Below the pieces are notes generated by a model. It was not told the DNA's origin. It searched no databases and was given only the letters and a program-made list of their open reading frames with translations. The translations under genes and the position numbers were made by a program. Below, piece by piece: positions 9,353 through 19,880 of a stretch of 64,000 bases of DNA; position 1 is the stretch's first letter, and each line of letters begins with the position of its first letter. The stretch lies in the IMG/VR virus record IMGVR_UViG_3300046092_000062, positions 1 to 64,000 of that record; one strand, written 5' to 3'.

Positions 9353-12300
9353 ATGGCCGTAACTAGAATTAAGAATAATCAGATCACTGATAGTACAATT
9401 ACCTATACCAAGATTGCGGCCGGCACATTAGTTGGTAGTAACTTTAACCAGGATTTAACATTAAATTCTAACATTAGCATTGTTGGTAACCTAACGGTAA
9501 CTGGAGTCTCTAGTTCGGTTAATAGTACAAACACATACGTTAATGACCCTATTGTGGTATTCAACAATGGGTACACTGGATCCCTAGCTGGATACGACAT
9601 TGGTATGCTAGTAAACCGTAACCTTGCTAGTTTAGCAGGATACGGAAGTGTGAACACAGCATGGGTTTGGGTCGAAGCAGATCAAGCCTTTGAGGCAATT
9701 ACTACAACCGATACTGGTAACGGAATAACAACAATTAACAACAGCGGTTTTGCTAACGTTAAAATTGGTAACTTAAATGCAGTAAGTGGATCGTTCTCTG
9801 GGACCATTGAGGCAACAACCTTAACTGGTTCTCATACTGGAACAGCAGCATTCAGCACAGCAACCGCGACTAACTTCTCAACTGGCAACGCACAAATTCT
9901 AGGTGGTAATGTACAAGGAATTGCATACTTACAAGCATCAAGTTTCTCAACTGGTAATGCGGTTATCACCGGTGGATCTTTAAACGCAATTTCAATTGGT
10001 GCAACTACTCCGGCAGCAGGGTTTTTTACTACTGCCACTTCTGCCCAATCGGTTATTACCGGTAATGCCAGTGTTGGCGGCAACCTAAGTGTAAACGGTA
10101 ATATTATTTTGGTTAGCGGTAACATTACAACTGCTAACTCTGCATTCTTTGTAGGTAACACAGTAACGGGCTTTAACGCTCTATACGCCGGCATCCCGGC
10201 AGGTTACGCAATCTTACCACAAGTGGTTGCTCAGTTCTCGGAAGATTACAACGGGTACGCACAACTCAACACACAAAACATTAACGCAGGCGGAAGTGCA
10301 ACCACTGACTACGTTGCCACAGCTAATAATGGATCTGATACAACATTTTATGTTGACCTTGGTATAGCAAGTGATGGGTACGATGGATCGAGCCCTAATA
10401 ATAGTTTAGGTACTGCACTATTCCAAAATGATGCGTACCTATATACTCAAGCAAATACTCCATCTAGTTACGGCGGTAACCTGGTGCTTGGTACAACTAC
10501 CGGACAGAGATTTGTTAAATTTGTAAGCGGTGGCGGCAACGTCGAGCACGTAGTAGTAGAAATGTCACATGCTGGCGCTACTTCAACATCAACCACATCT
10601 GGTGCGTTAACTGTTGTTGGTGGTATTGGCGCTACCGGAGACATTTACGCATCATCATTTAATGGCAACATCAACACATTAAATGCGTCTGTGACTAATC
10701 TAACTAGCGGCAATGTTCAGATCACAAGTGGATCAATCACTGGCATTACAGGCGCAGCAACTACTTTCGCAGCAACTAACTTTAGTTCTGGTAACGCACA
10801 AATCTCAGGTGGCAATGCTCAAGGCATTGTATATCTACAGTCCACAAATCTTAGCACAGGTAATGCTTTAATTACTGGCGGATCAATCACTGGCATTACA
10901 GGCGCAGCAACTACTTTCGCAGCAACTAACTTTAGTTCTGGTAACGCACAAATCACAGGTGGATCAGTAACTGGCGTCACTGGTGCAGCAACAACGTTAA
11001 CAGCAACTAACTTCAGTACAGGTAACGCACAGGTAACAGGCGGCAGCTTAATTAATTTTGATGCTCAATCAAATACATTTACTGCAACAAACTTCAGTAC
11101 AGGTAACGCACAGATCAGCGGCGGCTTTATCCAAGGTATCAACACTATTCAAGTTGATAACTTTTCAACTGGTAACGCTTTAGTTACTGGGGGCAGCTTA
11201 ACTGGAGTAACAGGTCAGTTTAATACCTTAGTTGCAACGAATTTTAGCAGCGGAAACATTGTTGGTGTTCTAACTGGCACAGCTAGTACCGCTAACGTTT
11301 CGTTGTATCAAACTGTAAACAATTCAGTAGTTAACACAGACTTCTACCCAGAATTTACAGACCGTTACACAACCGGTAACAGTGCAGCATACGTATCAGC
11401 AGCATTTAAGATGAATCCCTACACCGGCATATTCAGTGCAAGCGGTGTAAATGTTACTGCGGTAACTCCATCTAATTCAACTGGCTCTGGCGCACTAATC
11501 GTAACTGGTGGTGCAGGCATTGGTGGTAATTTGTATGTTGGTGCTGATGCAGTAGTAATTGGTAACTTAACAGTTCAAGGTACAATGACTGCTATCCAAT
11601 CGCAGACATTGGACGTAACAGATTTAAACATTACTGTAGCCAAAGGCGCAGGCAGTGCAGCAGCAGCCAATGGTGCAGGTATCACCGTTGATGGAGCAGC
11701 AGCGAGCTTGGTATATGCGTCAGCTACAGATAGCTGGAACTTTAACAAACAAGTAATTGGTCAGTTTACTACAAGTAATATACAAGCAACTGGCGGCTCA
11801 GTTACTGGCATCACTGGTGCAGCAACAACGTTAACAGCAACTAACTTTAGTTCTGGTAACGCACAAATCACAGGTGGTAATGCTCAAGGCATCGGATACC
11901 TACAATCAACAAATTTCTCAACTGGTAACGCATTAGTAACTGGCGGCTCAGTTACTGGCATCACTGGTGCAGCAACAACGTTCCATGTTGACAACTTTAG
12001 CAGTGGGAACATTGTTGGAGTGCTTACCGGAACTGCCAGCACAGCCAACGTTAGTTTATACTCTGAAGTAACAGACACAACTAACACTGCAAACTTCTAT
12101 CCAATGTTCACTGACAGGTCAACAGTTGGAAATAGTTCTGCGTTTGTTACTTCTGGTATCACAATGAATCCAGGGACTAATACAGTTCAAGCAACAACAT
12201 TCATTGGTACGTTCAATGGCACTGCATCTATTACCAGTGGATCTATTACTGGAGTAACGGGCGCAGCAACTTACTGGCATGCCAACAACTTTAGCTCAGC

Positions 12301-14359
12301 TAACGTAAGAATTCAATCTGGTAATATCACCATTCAGAATCTGCTAGCAAACACAGTGGCAGCTGGAAATATATTCTCAGCAAACGTAAACTTTGATGGT
12401 GGTACAATTACTGGTATTAGTGGTAACGCGATTGTTTTCCACGTTGGTACCTTGTCTGCTAGTGTTGCAAATATCGTTGGTGGCACACTAACTAGCCTTA
12501 CAAACGTTGCTACTAATAATTTCTTTACCTCAAACGCATATATCACTGGCGGCGTAATTACTGGAGTCACAGTAGATGCGGATACATTAGGTGTAACTAA
12601 CTTCTCTACTGCCAACGCAGTACTAACCGGCGGTAGTATTGACTCAATGGCCATTGGGTTGAATGATCCGAGCTCAGGTAAATTTACGAATATTGAAACC
12701 ACTGGCGTAATTATAACCACCGGGAATCTAGTCATTGAGTCTACTGCTCCTTTATTAAACCCATTGGACGCAGCATTTATTATTCCCAATGGCGGCGCAG
12801 CAATTGGTGGCGATGCCTTTGTTAAAGGAACTCTAAACGTAGGCGAAGCTTCGTTAACTACAGCATTGTCTAACTCGTCTATCGCAGCAGTTAACGCAGT
12901 AGGCGACTTTGCACAGATGTACATGCTGAATACTACTAGCAGTGGTAGTGCAGACTTCTCAGCATACGGCGACAACGGAACTGACACCGGAGGCTGGTCA
13001 GACTTAGGTATGACTGGTAGTGAGTTTAGTGACCCTAACTACACTATCACTAAGCCAAATGACGGTTATGTAATTGTTCGTCCTCAATTGGGGTATGGCG
13101 GTAACTTAGTATTGGCCACAAGTGAAGTTGGAACACACAATGACGTGATCATTGGTGTTGGTAGCTTTGATGAATCCGCAGAAGTTGCACGTTTCCATGG
13201 CAACGCATCCACTGGCGGATACCTTCAGTTAACACAAGGCACCGCAGCAACAAGCACATCCACTGGTGCTTTGCGTATAATCGGCGGTGCCGGAGTAAGC
13301 GGAAATGTATACGTAGGCTCAAATCTTTCAGTCACAGGCACTAGTTTGTTAACTGGTAACGCAACCTTAAGTAAGGCCGTTACTATTAACAGTACCCAAA
13401 CAGCAGGCATGGACTTTAGGGTAGCAGGTGTAAACTCTAGTACTTTAATTTGGGCAAGACCTGACACCACATACGATCAGGTATTGATTGGTAATTCAGC
13501 AACAGTTGGAACATTAGTACAGGGTGCTAAGTTGTTCATTAACAGTACTGACAGTATGATGCTACCAGCTGGTACTAGTGGACAACGTCCTGGTAATAGT
13601 GGTGGGTCTGACGTACCGGGCATGTTCCGATACAACACTACATTAAATGCGATTGAATATTTTGGTGGTAGCGAAGGTGCGTGGAGTACAGTAAGTACAC
13701 AATTTACTTTAATTAGCGATCAACAGTTTAGTGGAACTGGGTCTCAAACAAACTTTACATTATCGTCTAATCAAACGACCAACAATTGTATTGTTAGTAT
13801 AAATGGTATCATTCAGCTGCCATTGTTGGCATACTCAATTACGGCCAACGTACTGACATTCACAACTGCGCCAGCTAACGGCACAGTAATTGACGTTCGT
13901 AAATTAACAACCACGAACCAAATTACTGAATTGGCGAGCCAAAATGATCGAGTGATTGTGGCAATGGACAACACTGCTGGTATTCAACTATACAGCGGCA
14001 CAAGTGGAAGAACATTGCAGCGCACACTAGATCCAAGTGGTGCATGGGTTGGGCAAACAGCACCAGTGGTAGTATTTGGTATTGATGTAGACACAGCAGT
14101 TGATATTTTCCCAACAGCAACCTATCGTAGTGCAAAATACTTGATTCAAGCTACAGTAACAGGAAAACATCAGGTCATGGAAGCATTAGTTATTCATGAC
14201 GGAACAACTGCAACAATTACCACTTATGGTATTGTGCAAACAAACGGAAACGTTGGCGTGCTATCGGCTACAGTAAGTGGTGGTAACGTTAATGTAAACT
14301 TTACAGCCGCTAACGCTAACACTAATGTTCGCGTAAGCAAGGAGTATGTGTTAATCTAA
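9353..14359 (+). CDS. Large repetitive tail fibre protein (1668 aa)
   Basis: Many ATNFS(T/S)GNAQITGG repeats; GALTVVGGIG fibre motif. Confidence 0.75.
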   Translation: MAVTRIKNNQITDSTITYTKIAAGTLVGSNFNQDLTLNSNISIVGNLTVTGVSSSVNSTNTYVNDPIVVFNNGYTGSLAGYDIGMLVNRNLASLAGYGSVNTAWVWVEADQAFEAITTTDTGNGITTINNSGFANVKIGNLNAVSGSFSGTIEATTLTGSHTGTAAFSTATATNFSTGNAQILGGNVQGIAYLQASSFSTGNAVITGGSLNAISIGATTPAAGFFTTATSAQSVITGNASVGGNLSVNGNIILVSGNITTANSAFFVGNTVTGFNALYAGIPAGYAILPQVVAQFSEDYNGYAQLNTQNINAGGSATTDYVATANNGSDTTFYVDLGIASDGYDGSSPNNSLGTALFQNDAYLYTQANTPSSYGGNLVLGTTTGQRFVKFVSGGGNVEHVVVEMSHAGATSTSTTSGALTVVGGIGATGDIYASSFNGNINTLNASVTNLTSGNVQITSGSITGITGAATTFAATNFSSGNAQISGGNAQGIVYLQSTNLSTGNALITGGSITGITGAATTFAATNFSSGNAQITGGSVTGVTGAATTLTATNFSTGNAQVTGGSLINFDAQSNTFTATNFSTGNAQISGGFIQGINTIQVDNFSTGNALVTGGSLTGVTGQFNTLVATNFSSGNIVGVLTGTASTANVSLYQTVNNSVVNTDFYPEFTDRYTTGNSAAYVSAAFKMNPYTGIFSASGVNVTAVTPSNSTGSGALIVTGGAGIGGNLYVGADAVVIGNLTVQGTMTAIQSQTLDVTDLNITVAKGAGSAAAANGAGITVDGAAASLVYASATDSWNFNKQVIGQFTTSNIQATGGSVTGITGAATTLTATNFSSGNAQITGGNAQGIGYLQSTNFSTGNALVTGGSVTGITGAATTFHVDNFSSGNIVGVLTGTASTANVSLYSEVTDTTNTANFYPMFTDRSTVGNSSAFVTSGITMNPGTNTVQATTFIGTFNGTASITSGSITGVTGAATYWHANNFSSANVRIQSGNITIQNLLANTVAAGNIFSANVNFDGGTITGISGNAIVFHVGTLSASVANIVGGTLTSLTNVATNNFFTSNAYITGGVITGVTVDADTLGVTNFSTANAVLTGGSIDSMAIGLNDPSSGKFTNIETTGVIITTGNLVIESTAPLLNPLDAAFIIPNGGAAIGGDAFVKGTLNVGEASLTTALSNSSIAAVNAVGDFAQMYMLNTTSSGSADFSAYGDNGTDTGGWSDLGMTGSEFSDPNYTITKPNDGYVIVRPQLGYGGNLVLATSEVGTHNDVIIGVGSFDESAEVARFHGNASTGGYLQLTQGTAATSTSTGALRIIGGAGVSGNVYVGSNLSVTGTSLLTGNATLSKAVTINSTQTAGMDFRVAGVNSSTLIWARPDTTYDQVLIGNSATVGTLVQGAKLFINSTDSMMLPAGTSGQRPGNSGGSDVPGMFRYNTTLNAIEYFGGSEGAWSTVSTQFTLISDQQFSGTGSQTNFTLSSNQTTNNCIVSINGIIQLPLLAYSITANVLTFTTAPANGTVIDVRKLTTTNQITELASQNDRVIVAMDNTAGIQLYSGTSGRTLQRTLDPSGAWVGQTAPVVVFGIDVDTAVDIFPTATYRSAKYLIQATVTGKHQVMEALVIHDGTTATITTYGIVQTNGNVGVLSATVSGGNVNVNFTAANANTNVRVSKEYVLI
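10730..10954 (+). repeat. 75-bp identical direct repeat (10730-10804, 10880-10954) within tail fibre repeat array
   Basis: GGATCAATCACTGGCATTACAGG...GGTAACGCACAAATC occurs twice, 150 nt apart. Confidence 0.9.
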
Positions 14360-14401
14360 ATTTGTAATTTATTTTAACCGCCAGCAGGGATATATGGAAC
14401 T

Positions 14402-17400
14402 ATGGCAAACGGAAATTTTGTAGTACACAACGGGCTAACAGTTGGCCTAGCAAACATTGATGCAACAACTGGTTCGATTTATAGTGATCGTCACCTCTTC
14501 ACTAACGGGGCATCTATTGTAACAAGTATTAGCAACTCTAGTGAGATTTTAGCTAATGCAACAATTGGGCCAACCGTTGGATTAAGCCTAAGCACAACCG
14601 GGGTGTCAGCCGGAAACTACGGTAGCGCGACACTCATTCCAACGGTTGTTGTTGACAGCAAAGGTCGTATTACTGGGGTAACCACAAACACAGCAGTTAC
14701 TACAGTTGGGTTGACTGGCACTAGTGGCACAGGCTCAGTTACCAGTGGTAGCTCATTGGTATTTGCAAGTACAAACGGAGTAGCAGTTGCAGCCAGTGGC
14801 AGCACGATAACTATTTCAACTCCTCAAGATTTACGAACCACTGGATCGGTTATATTTGTGGACGCCACGTTAAGCGGAAACTTATCGGCGACCAAAGTTT
14901 TGGTAACTGGGACTACGGCAAGCTCAAGCAACGTAACTGGAGCAGTCACTGTTGCTGGCGGTGTAGGTATTGCTGGTACTGTGTATGCAGGGGAAATTTA
15001 TGATACTAACCGTCGAGTAGTAAGCACAAGTACCGGCGCTGGTAATCTTACTATTAGCGGACCTACTATTACGCTTCCGTTTACTGGACCAGGAACTACC
15101 ACTGTTGGTGGGTCGACATCCATTCCGATTATCACAACAGATGCGTTTGGTCGCATAAGCGAATTAAGCACAGCGAGCATTAGTACTACTCTTAATACCA
15201 GTGGTACAACAGGAACTGGTGCTGTTAACCTAGCAAACCAGACTCTAACATTCTCTAGTACAAATGGATTTGTTGCCGCGGTAAGCGGAACTAACGTTTC
15301 ACTATCGAGTCCGCAGGATTTACGCACAACTGCCTCTCCACAATTTGCTGGGATTACCTCAACTGGTGCAGCACAAATTAACAGTACACTTGGAGTAACT
15401 GGTGCAACAACTATCACTAGCTCTACTAACAGCACTGGTAGTGGTAATGGCGCACTAGTTGTAACAGGTGGTGTTGGGGTTGGTGGCACACAATACATTG
15501 GTGGAGACTTACACGTTATTGGTAACGTGTATACTCCAAACTTGATTGCAACTAGTACTAGTACGCTAAACACAAGTAGTCCAATGGTTTACTTCCAAGG
15601 AAGTCCTTACCCATATAACTTTGAGACAGGATTCTATGGACACTTTGTTGGCGGTCCTGCTAACGTCTACTCGCACATGGGTTTCGTTCGTAATCACAAT
15701 AACAATCATTGGACATTGTTTAGTAACGTAGCAAGCGAGCCGACTTCGACTACTATCAACTTTGCGGATCCTGGACTGATTTATGACACACTAGATCTTG
15801 GTGATATTAATGTAGTAAATACTACCCAAAGCATTAGTACAACAACAGGTGCAGCAGTCGTTGCTGGTGGCGTAGGCATTGGCGGTAACTTAAACGTAAA
15901 CAGTGCAGGTTACTTTGGTTACTTAGCAAGCTCGACTAACTTAAACAACCCAACATTGATTTCTACTGCGTCAAGTCAGTCAGTTGACGCAGGTGCGTTC
16001 TATGTGCAGACTGCGGTTATTAACAGTTCTGCAACTGGCTCTGCGGATATGATCGCATATCCTAATAACTATGATGGGTTAACTGGATTTGCAGACATTG
16101 GCGTAACTGGTAACATCTTTAGCGATCCGTTGTATACTATTACCAGCGCCAACGATGGTTATTTCTTTGTTAGCGCATTAGCCGACAGCGGACTTGGCGG
16201 CAATATGGTACTAGCAACAGATAGTACAGGAACATTTAATGACATAGTTATTGCTACAGGCAGCTTCTACTCAAACGCAGAAGTTGCACGTTTCCACGGA
16301 AATGCCAGCACCGGTGGATATTTTTCTCTTACTCAAGGCACGGCTGCAACAAGTGTGTCATCTGGCGCATTGCAAGTAACTGGTGGCGCAGGCATTACTG
16401 GCAGTTTGTATGCTGGCGGCATTTACACTAACAGCCTTAATTTTGCTAACGGTAGTCCGTTCACCTCGACTACGTTAGCAAACACAGCAGACATTACGGC
16501 AAACGTTCCGAGTGGGGCCAACGCGGGATTGAGTCTAACTGCAACTGGTGTAACAGCTGGAAACTATGGTAGCGCAACTAGTATCCCGACTATTGTAGTT
16601 GATAGCAAAGGACGTATTACTAGCATCACAACAAACGCAGCGAGCTCAACAATTACCTTGTCAGGTACTAGCGGCTCAGGTTCTGTGTCGGGTGGTGGTA
16701 CACTAACCTTTACTGGGGCAACGGGAATTACCACTTCAATTAGTGGGTCAACTGTTACCTTTAGTTTGCCGCAGAGTGTTTCTAGCGGTGCATCACCAAC
16801 ATTTGATGGTACTAACTTCACTGGCAACGCCACTGGGTTGAGCATTGGTGGCTCAGCAGTAACCGCAGTAACAGCCACTAACTTAAACGGTGGAACAATA
16901 TCAGCAACGACTGGTGCATTTACTGGTAACGTAACACGCACTAGCAGACCGTTTGTAACTAACTTCTCGGGCAACGTAGCACCCTCTAGCCCAATTCAAG
17001 GTGACGAATGGTTCCGCGGCAATACCGGTACTATGTACAAATACGTATACGATAACGTAAGTAGCACATACAACTGGTTGAACATCAGTAGCGCATTGTA
17101 TAACGCGGCAACTACAGCAACATCTAACACATTGGCTCTAAGAGACAGCGGCGCCAACTTAACAGCAGCTAACTTCATTGGTGTGGCTAGCAGCGCAAAA
17201 TATGCTGACTTGGCAGAGATCTACACAAGCGATAGTGCATACGAAGCAGGCACAGTAGTTGTGTTTGGCGGCGAAGAAGAAATTACAGCAACTAACTTAT
17301 CACATGACACCAGAGTAGCAGGGGTTATTTCTACTAACCCGGCTTACTTGATGAACAGTGAAGCAGTTGGTCTGCCAGTTGCGTTTACAGGGCGTGTCCC

Positions 17401-17578
17401 TTGTAAAGTAGTTGGTATTGTAAATAAAGGTGACATTCTAGTTACGTCTGGTATTCCTGGTGTAGCTCAAAGGATGGAGTCTGCACTATATAAACCTGGT
17501 TGCATTATTGGCAAGGCACTAGGCGAAAACAGAACTAACAACATAGCTACTATTGAAGTAGTGGTAGGGAGATTTTAA
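14402..17578 (+). CDS. Tail fibre protein with C-terminal chaperone-like domain
   Basis: AGNYGSAT.IPT.VVDSKGRIT repeats; C-terminal ADLAEIY...GRVPCKV.G.V.KGD.LV domain common in T4-like fibres. Confidence 0.75.
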   Translation: MANGNFVVHNGLTVGLANIDATTGSIYSDRHLFTNGASIVTSISNSSEILANATIGPTVGLSLSTTGVSAGNYGSATLIPTVVVDSKGRITGVTTNTAVTTVGLTGTSGTGSVTSGSSLVFASTNGVAVAASGSTITISTPQDLRTTGSVIFVDATLSGNLSATKVLVTGTTASSSNVTGAVTVAGGVGIAGTVYAGEIYDTNRRVVSTSTGAGNLTISGPTITLPFTGPGTTTVGGSTSIPIITTDAFGRISELSTASISTTLNTSGTTGTGAVNLANQTLTFSSTNGFVAAVSGTNVSLSSPQDLRTTASPQFAGITSTGAAQINSTLGVTGATTITSSTNSTGSGNGALVVTGGVGVGGTQYIGGDLHVIGNVYTPNLIATSTSTLNTSSPMVYFQGSPYPYNFETGFYGHFVGGPANVYSHMGFVRNHNNNHWTLFSNVASEPTSTTINFADPGLIYDTLDLGDINVVNTTQSISTTTGAAVVAGGVGIGGNLNVNSAGYFGYLASSTNLNNPTLISTASSQSVDAGAFYVQTAVINSSATGSADMIAYPNNYDGLTGFADIGVTGNIFSDPLYTITSANDGYFFVSALADSGLGGNMVLATDSTGTFNDIVIATGSFYSNAEVARFHGNASTGGYFSLTQGTAATSVSSGALQVTGGAGITGSLYAGGIYTNSLNFANGSPFTSTTLANTADITANVPSGANAGLSLTATGVTAGNYGSATSIPTIVVDSKGRITSITTNAASSTITLSGTSGSGSVSGGGTLTFTGATGITTSISGSTVTFSLPQSVSSGASPTFDGTNFTGNATGLSIGGSAVTAVTATNLNGGTISATTGAFTGNVTRTSRPFVTNFSGNVAPSSPIQGDEWFRGNTGTMYKYVYDNVSSTYNWLNISSALYNAATTATSNTLALRDSGANLTAANFIGVASSAKYADLAEIYTSDSAYEAGTVVVFGGEEEITATNLSHDTRVAGVISTNPAYLMNSEAVGLPVAFTGRVPCKVVGIVNKGDILVTSGIPGVAQRMESALYKPGCIIGKALGENRTNNIATIEVVVGRF

Positions 17579-18543
17579 TGGCTTTTCCAGTAAGTCCAAC
17601 AAACGGACAAACATACACAAACAACAACGTCACCTACGTATATGATGCAGGTATGGGCGTATGGGATCCACAAGGATCTGTTGCTACAGCTAGCCCTGTG
17701 CAAAGCGTTGCCGGTAGAACTGGTGCAGTTACATTAACCGCAGCGGACATTGCAGCAGGTACATTCCCTGGTGCTATTTCTATGGCTAGTACATTGAGCG
17801 TAAGTGGCGCAAGTACTATGGCTGCAATATCTGCAAGCACCGGAGCATTTAGTGGTGCAGTAACAATGGCAAATACACTAGCAGTAACTGGTGCCGTCAC
17901 TGGTGCGAGTTTTGCTGGAGCAGGCACTGGGTTAACTGGCACCGCAACATCGTTAAGCATTGGCGGCAGTGCAGCATCTGCAACATCGTCAGTATACACT
18001 TATCGAAGCACAGTTGACACAGTTCCAGCAGTAGTAATGAATAGTGATGGTACATATTATGGCCACATGTCTCGCATTGGTACACAAAGATGGTGTGTGG
18101 GCTACGGCGGTGGCGTAGGAGCCGGTACTACTGCAACATTAACTTGGGGCACAACGGGCGTTGACGTAGTAGGCCCACTAACAGCAACTACAACAGTTAC
18201 AGCTTACTACTCAGATGAGCGGTTAAAAACCAAAATTGGTAATATTGAAAACGCATTAGATAAAGTAGATCAACTAAGTGGCTTCTTATACGTTGAAAAC
18301 GATTTAGCTAGGGAACTTGGCTTTAATAACACTACACAGCAGGTTGCGTTAAGTGCCCAGGCGGTACAGCGTGTGCAGCCAGAAGCAGTGGCTTTAGCAC
18401 CGTTTGATAGAGATGCACAAGGTAACAGCAAAAGTGGCGAGAACTACTTAACTGTGCAATACGAACGACTGGTTCCTTTATTAGTAGAAGCAATTAAAGA
18501 ATTGCGTCAAGAAGTAAATACAATTAAGAAACAACTCAAATAA
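17578..18543 (+). CDS. Tail fibre protein with intramolecular chaperone (peptidase S74-like) domain
   Basis: YYSDERLK..I.N AL.KV..L.G...YERLVPLLVEAIKEL. Confidence 0.85.
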   Translation: MAFPVSPTNGQTYTNNNVTYVYDAGMGVWDPQGSVATASPVQSVAGRTGAVTLTAADIAAGTFPGAISMASTLSVSGASTMAAISASTGAFSGAVTMANTLAVTGAVTGASFAGAGTGLTGTATSLSIGGSAASATSSVYTYRSTVDTVPAVVMNSDGTYYGHMSRIGTQRWCVGYGGGVGAGTTATLTWGTTGVDVVGPLTATTTVTAYYSDERLKTKIGNIENALDKVDQLSGFLYVENDLARELGFNNTTQQVALSAQAVQRVQPEAVALAPFDRDAQGNSKSGENYLTVQYERLVPLLVEAIKELRQEVNTIKKQLK

Positions 18544-18546
18544 ACT

Positions 18547-19206
18547 ATGGCAGTATCAATTGACAACAGCGGACTAACATTCAGCGATGGCTCCAAGCAA
18601 AATGGGTCACCTACATCTAACAACGACTATGGTCAATTAGTCTCTATTACTACTTTTACATCAAGCGGCACATATACTGCGCCAACACCGTGTAGGAAAC
18701 TATTGGTTAAAGTACACGGAGCAGGTGGCGGCGGGGCTGGACATTTTGAAAGTGGTGGTGCTGGCGGGTACGCAGAACGCTTGATTCATGCAGTAAGCCC
18801 TGGGCAAACATTTGCAGTCACAGTAGGCGGAGGTGGCGGAGGTGTTGGTTATTACGCAGCAGGCGGCACTGGAGGCACTAGCAGCTTTGCAGGTTTAGTC
18901 ACAGCCACTGGCGGCTACGGAGCAAACGCAAACTACAGTCACACTGGTGGACATGGTGGAACTGGATCAGGCGGACAAGTGACAATCGCCGGAGGCGGTG
19001 GCGTAGGTCATACAAACGGATTTGGTGCCTACGGCGCACGTGGCGTTTCTGGATACTACGGTGGCGGCATGGGAACACGACATAGCGGCGGCGAACAAAT
19101 TGGCCCAGGTGCACCGGGTGCGGGTGCAAGTGGTGGAACAACTAGTAACGCAGGCGGCGGCAAAACAGCAGCAGCCGGTATTGTTGTAGTATATGCTTAC
19201 TCTTAA
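18547..19206 (+). CDS. Glycine-rich adhesin-like virion protein, paralog 1
   Basis: FTSSGTYT, GAGGGG, ESGGAGGY, GGHGG motifs. Confidence 0.65.
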   Translation: MAVSIDNSGLTFSDGSKQNGSPTSNNDYGQLVSITTFTSSGTYTAPTPCRKLLVKVHGAGGGGAGHFESGGAGGYAERLIHAVSPGQTFAVTVGGGGGGVGYYAAGGTGGTSSFAGLVTATGGYGANANYSHTGGHGGTGSGGQVTIAGGGGVGHTNGFGAYGARGVSGYYGGGMGTRHSGGEQIGPGAPGAGASGGTTSNAGGGKTAAAGIVVVYAYS

Positions 19207-19214
19207 GGAATAAT

Positions 19215-19871
19215 ATGGCAATTACATTAGGTGCAAGCGGCATTACATTCGGTGATGGGTCTTCTCAGACAACAACGTACTCTGACAGAGGTCAGCCAAT
19301 TAGTATTCAAATGTTTACATCAACGGGTACATATACTGTTCCATCTAACTGCACTAGAATATTAGTGCAAGTACAAGGTGGCGGCGGTGGCAGTGCTGGC
19401 TACTGCGAAAGTGGTGGCGCTGGTGGATACGCAGAAGGTATGTACTCAGTCTCTCCGGGTGCAACATACACAGTAACCATTGGTGGCGGAGGTGGTGGCG
19501 TTGGCTATTACGCAGCCGCAGGATCAGGCGGCACTACTAGCTTTGGGTCATTGTTGTCGGCCTCGGGCGGGCATGGCGCAAATAACAACGCCAGTCACGG
19601 TGGTGGGCACGGCGGTAACAGCTTTAGTGGAGCACAACTATCAACAGTTGGCGGTACAGGTGCAGGGCACGGAAATTCAGCAAGCCACGCAGCAACAGCA
19701 GGCGGTGGTGCAAGTTTCTTCGGAGGAACTGGCGTATACAATAGGGGTTCCACAACTGCAACAAATTACGGTGCTGCATGGGGAGCCGGTGCATCGGGCG
19801 GCAGAACTAACGACGGCGGAGCCGGCACAACCGGCCAAGTTGGAGTATGCGTAATAATTGCATACACATAA
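19215..19871 (+). CDS. Glycine-rich adhesin-like virion protein, paralog 2
   Basis: Same motif scaffold as 18547 ORF. Confidence 0.65.
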   Translation: MAITLGASGITFGDGSSQTTTYSDRGQPISIQMFTSTGTYTVPSNCTRILVQVQGGGGGSAGYCESGGAGGYAEGMYSVSPGATYTVTIGGGGGGVGYYAAAGSGGTTSFGSLLSASGGHGANNNASHGGGHGGNSFSGAQLSTVGGTGAGHGNSASHAATAGGGASFFGGTGVYNRGSTTATNYGAAWGAGASGGRTNDGGAGTTGQVGVCVIIAYT

Positions 19872-19880
19872 GGATATAAC

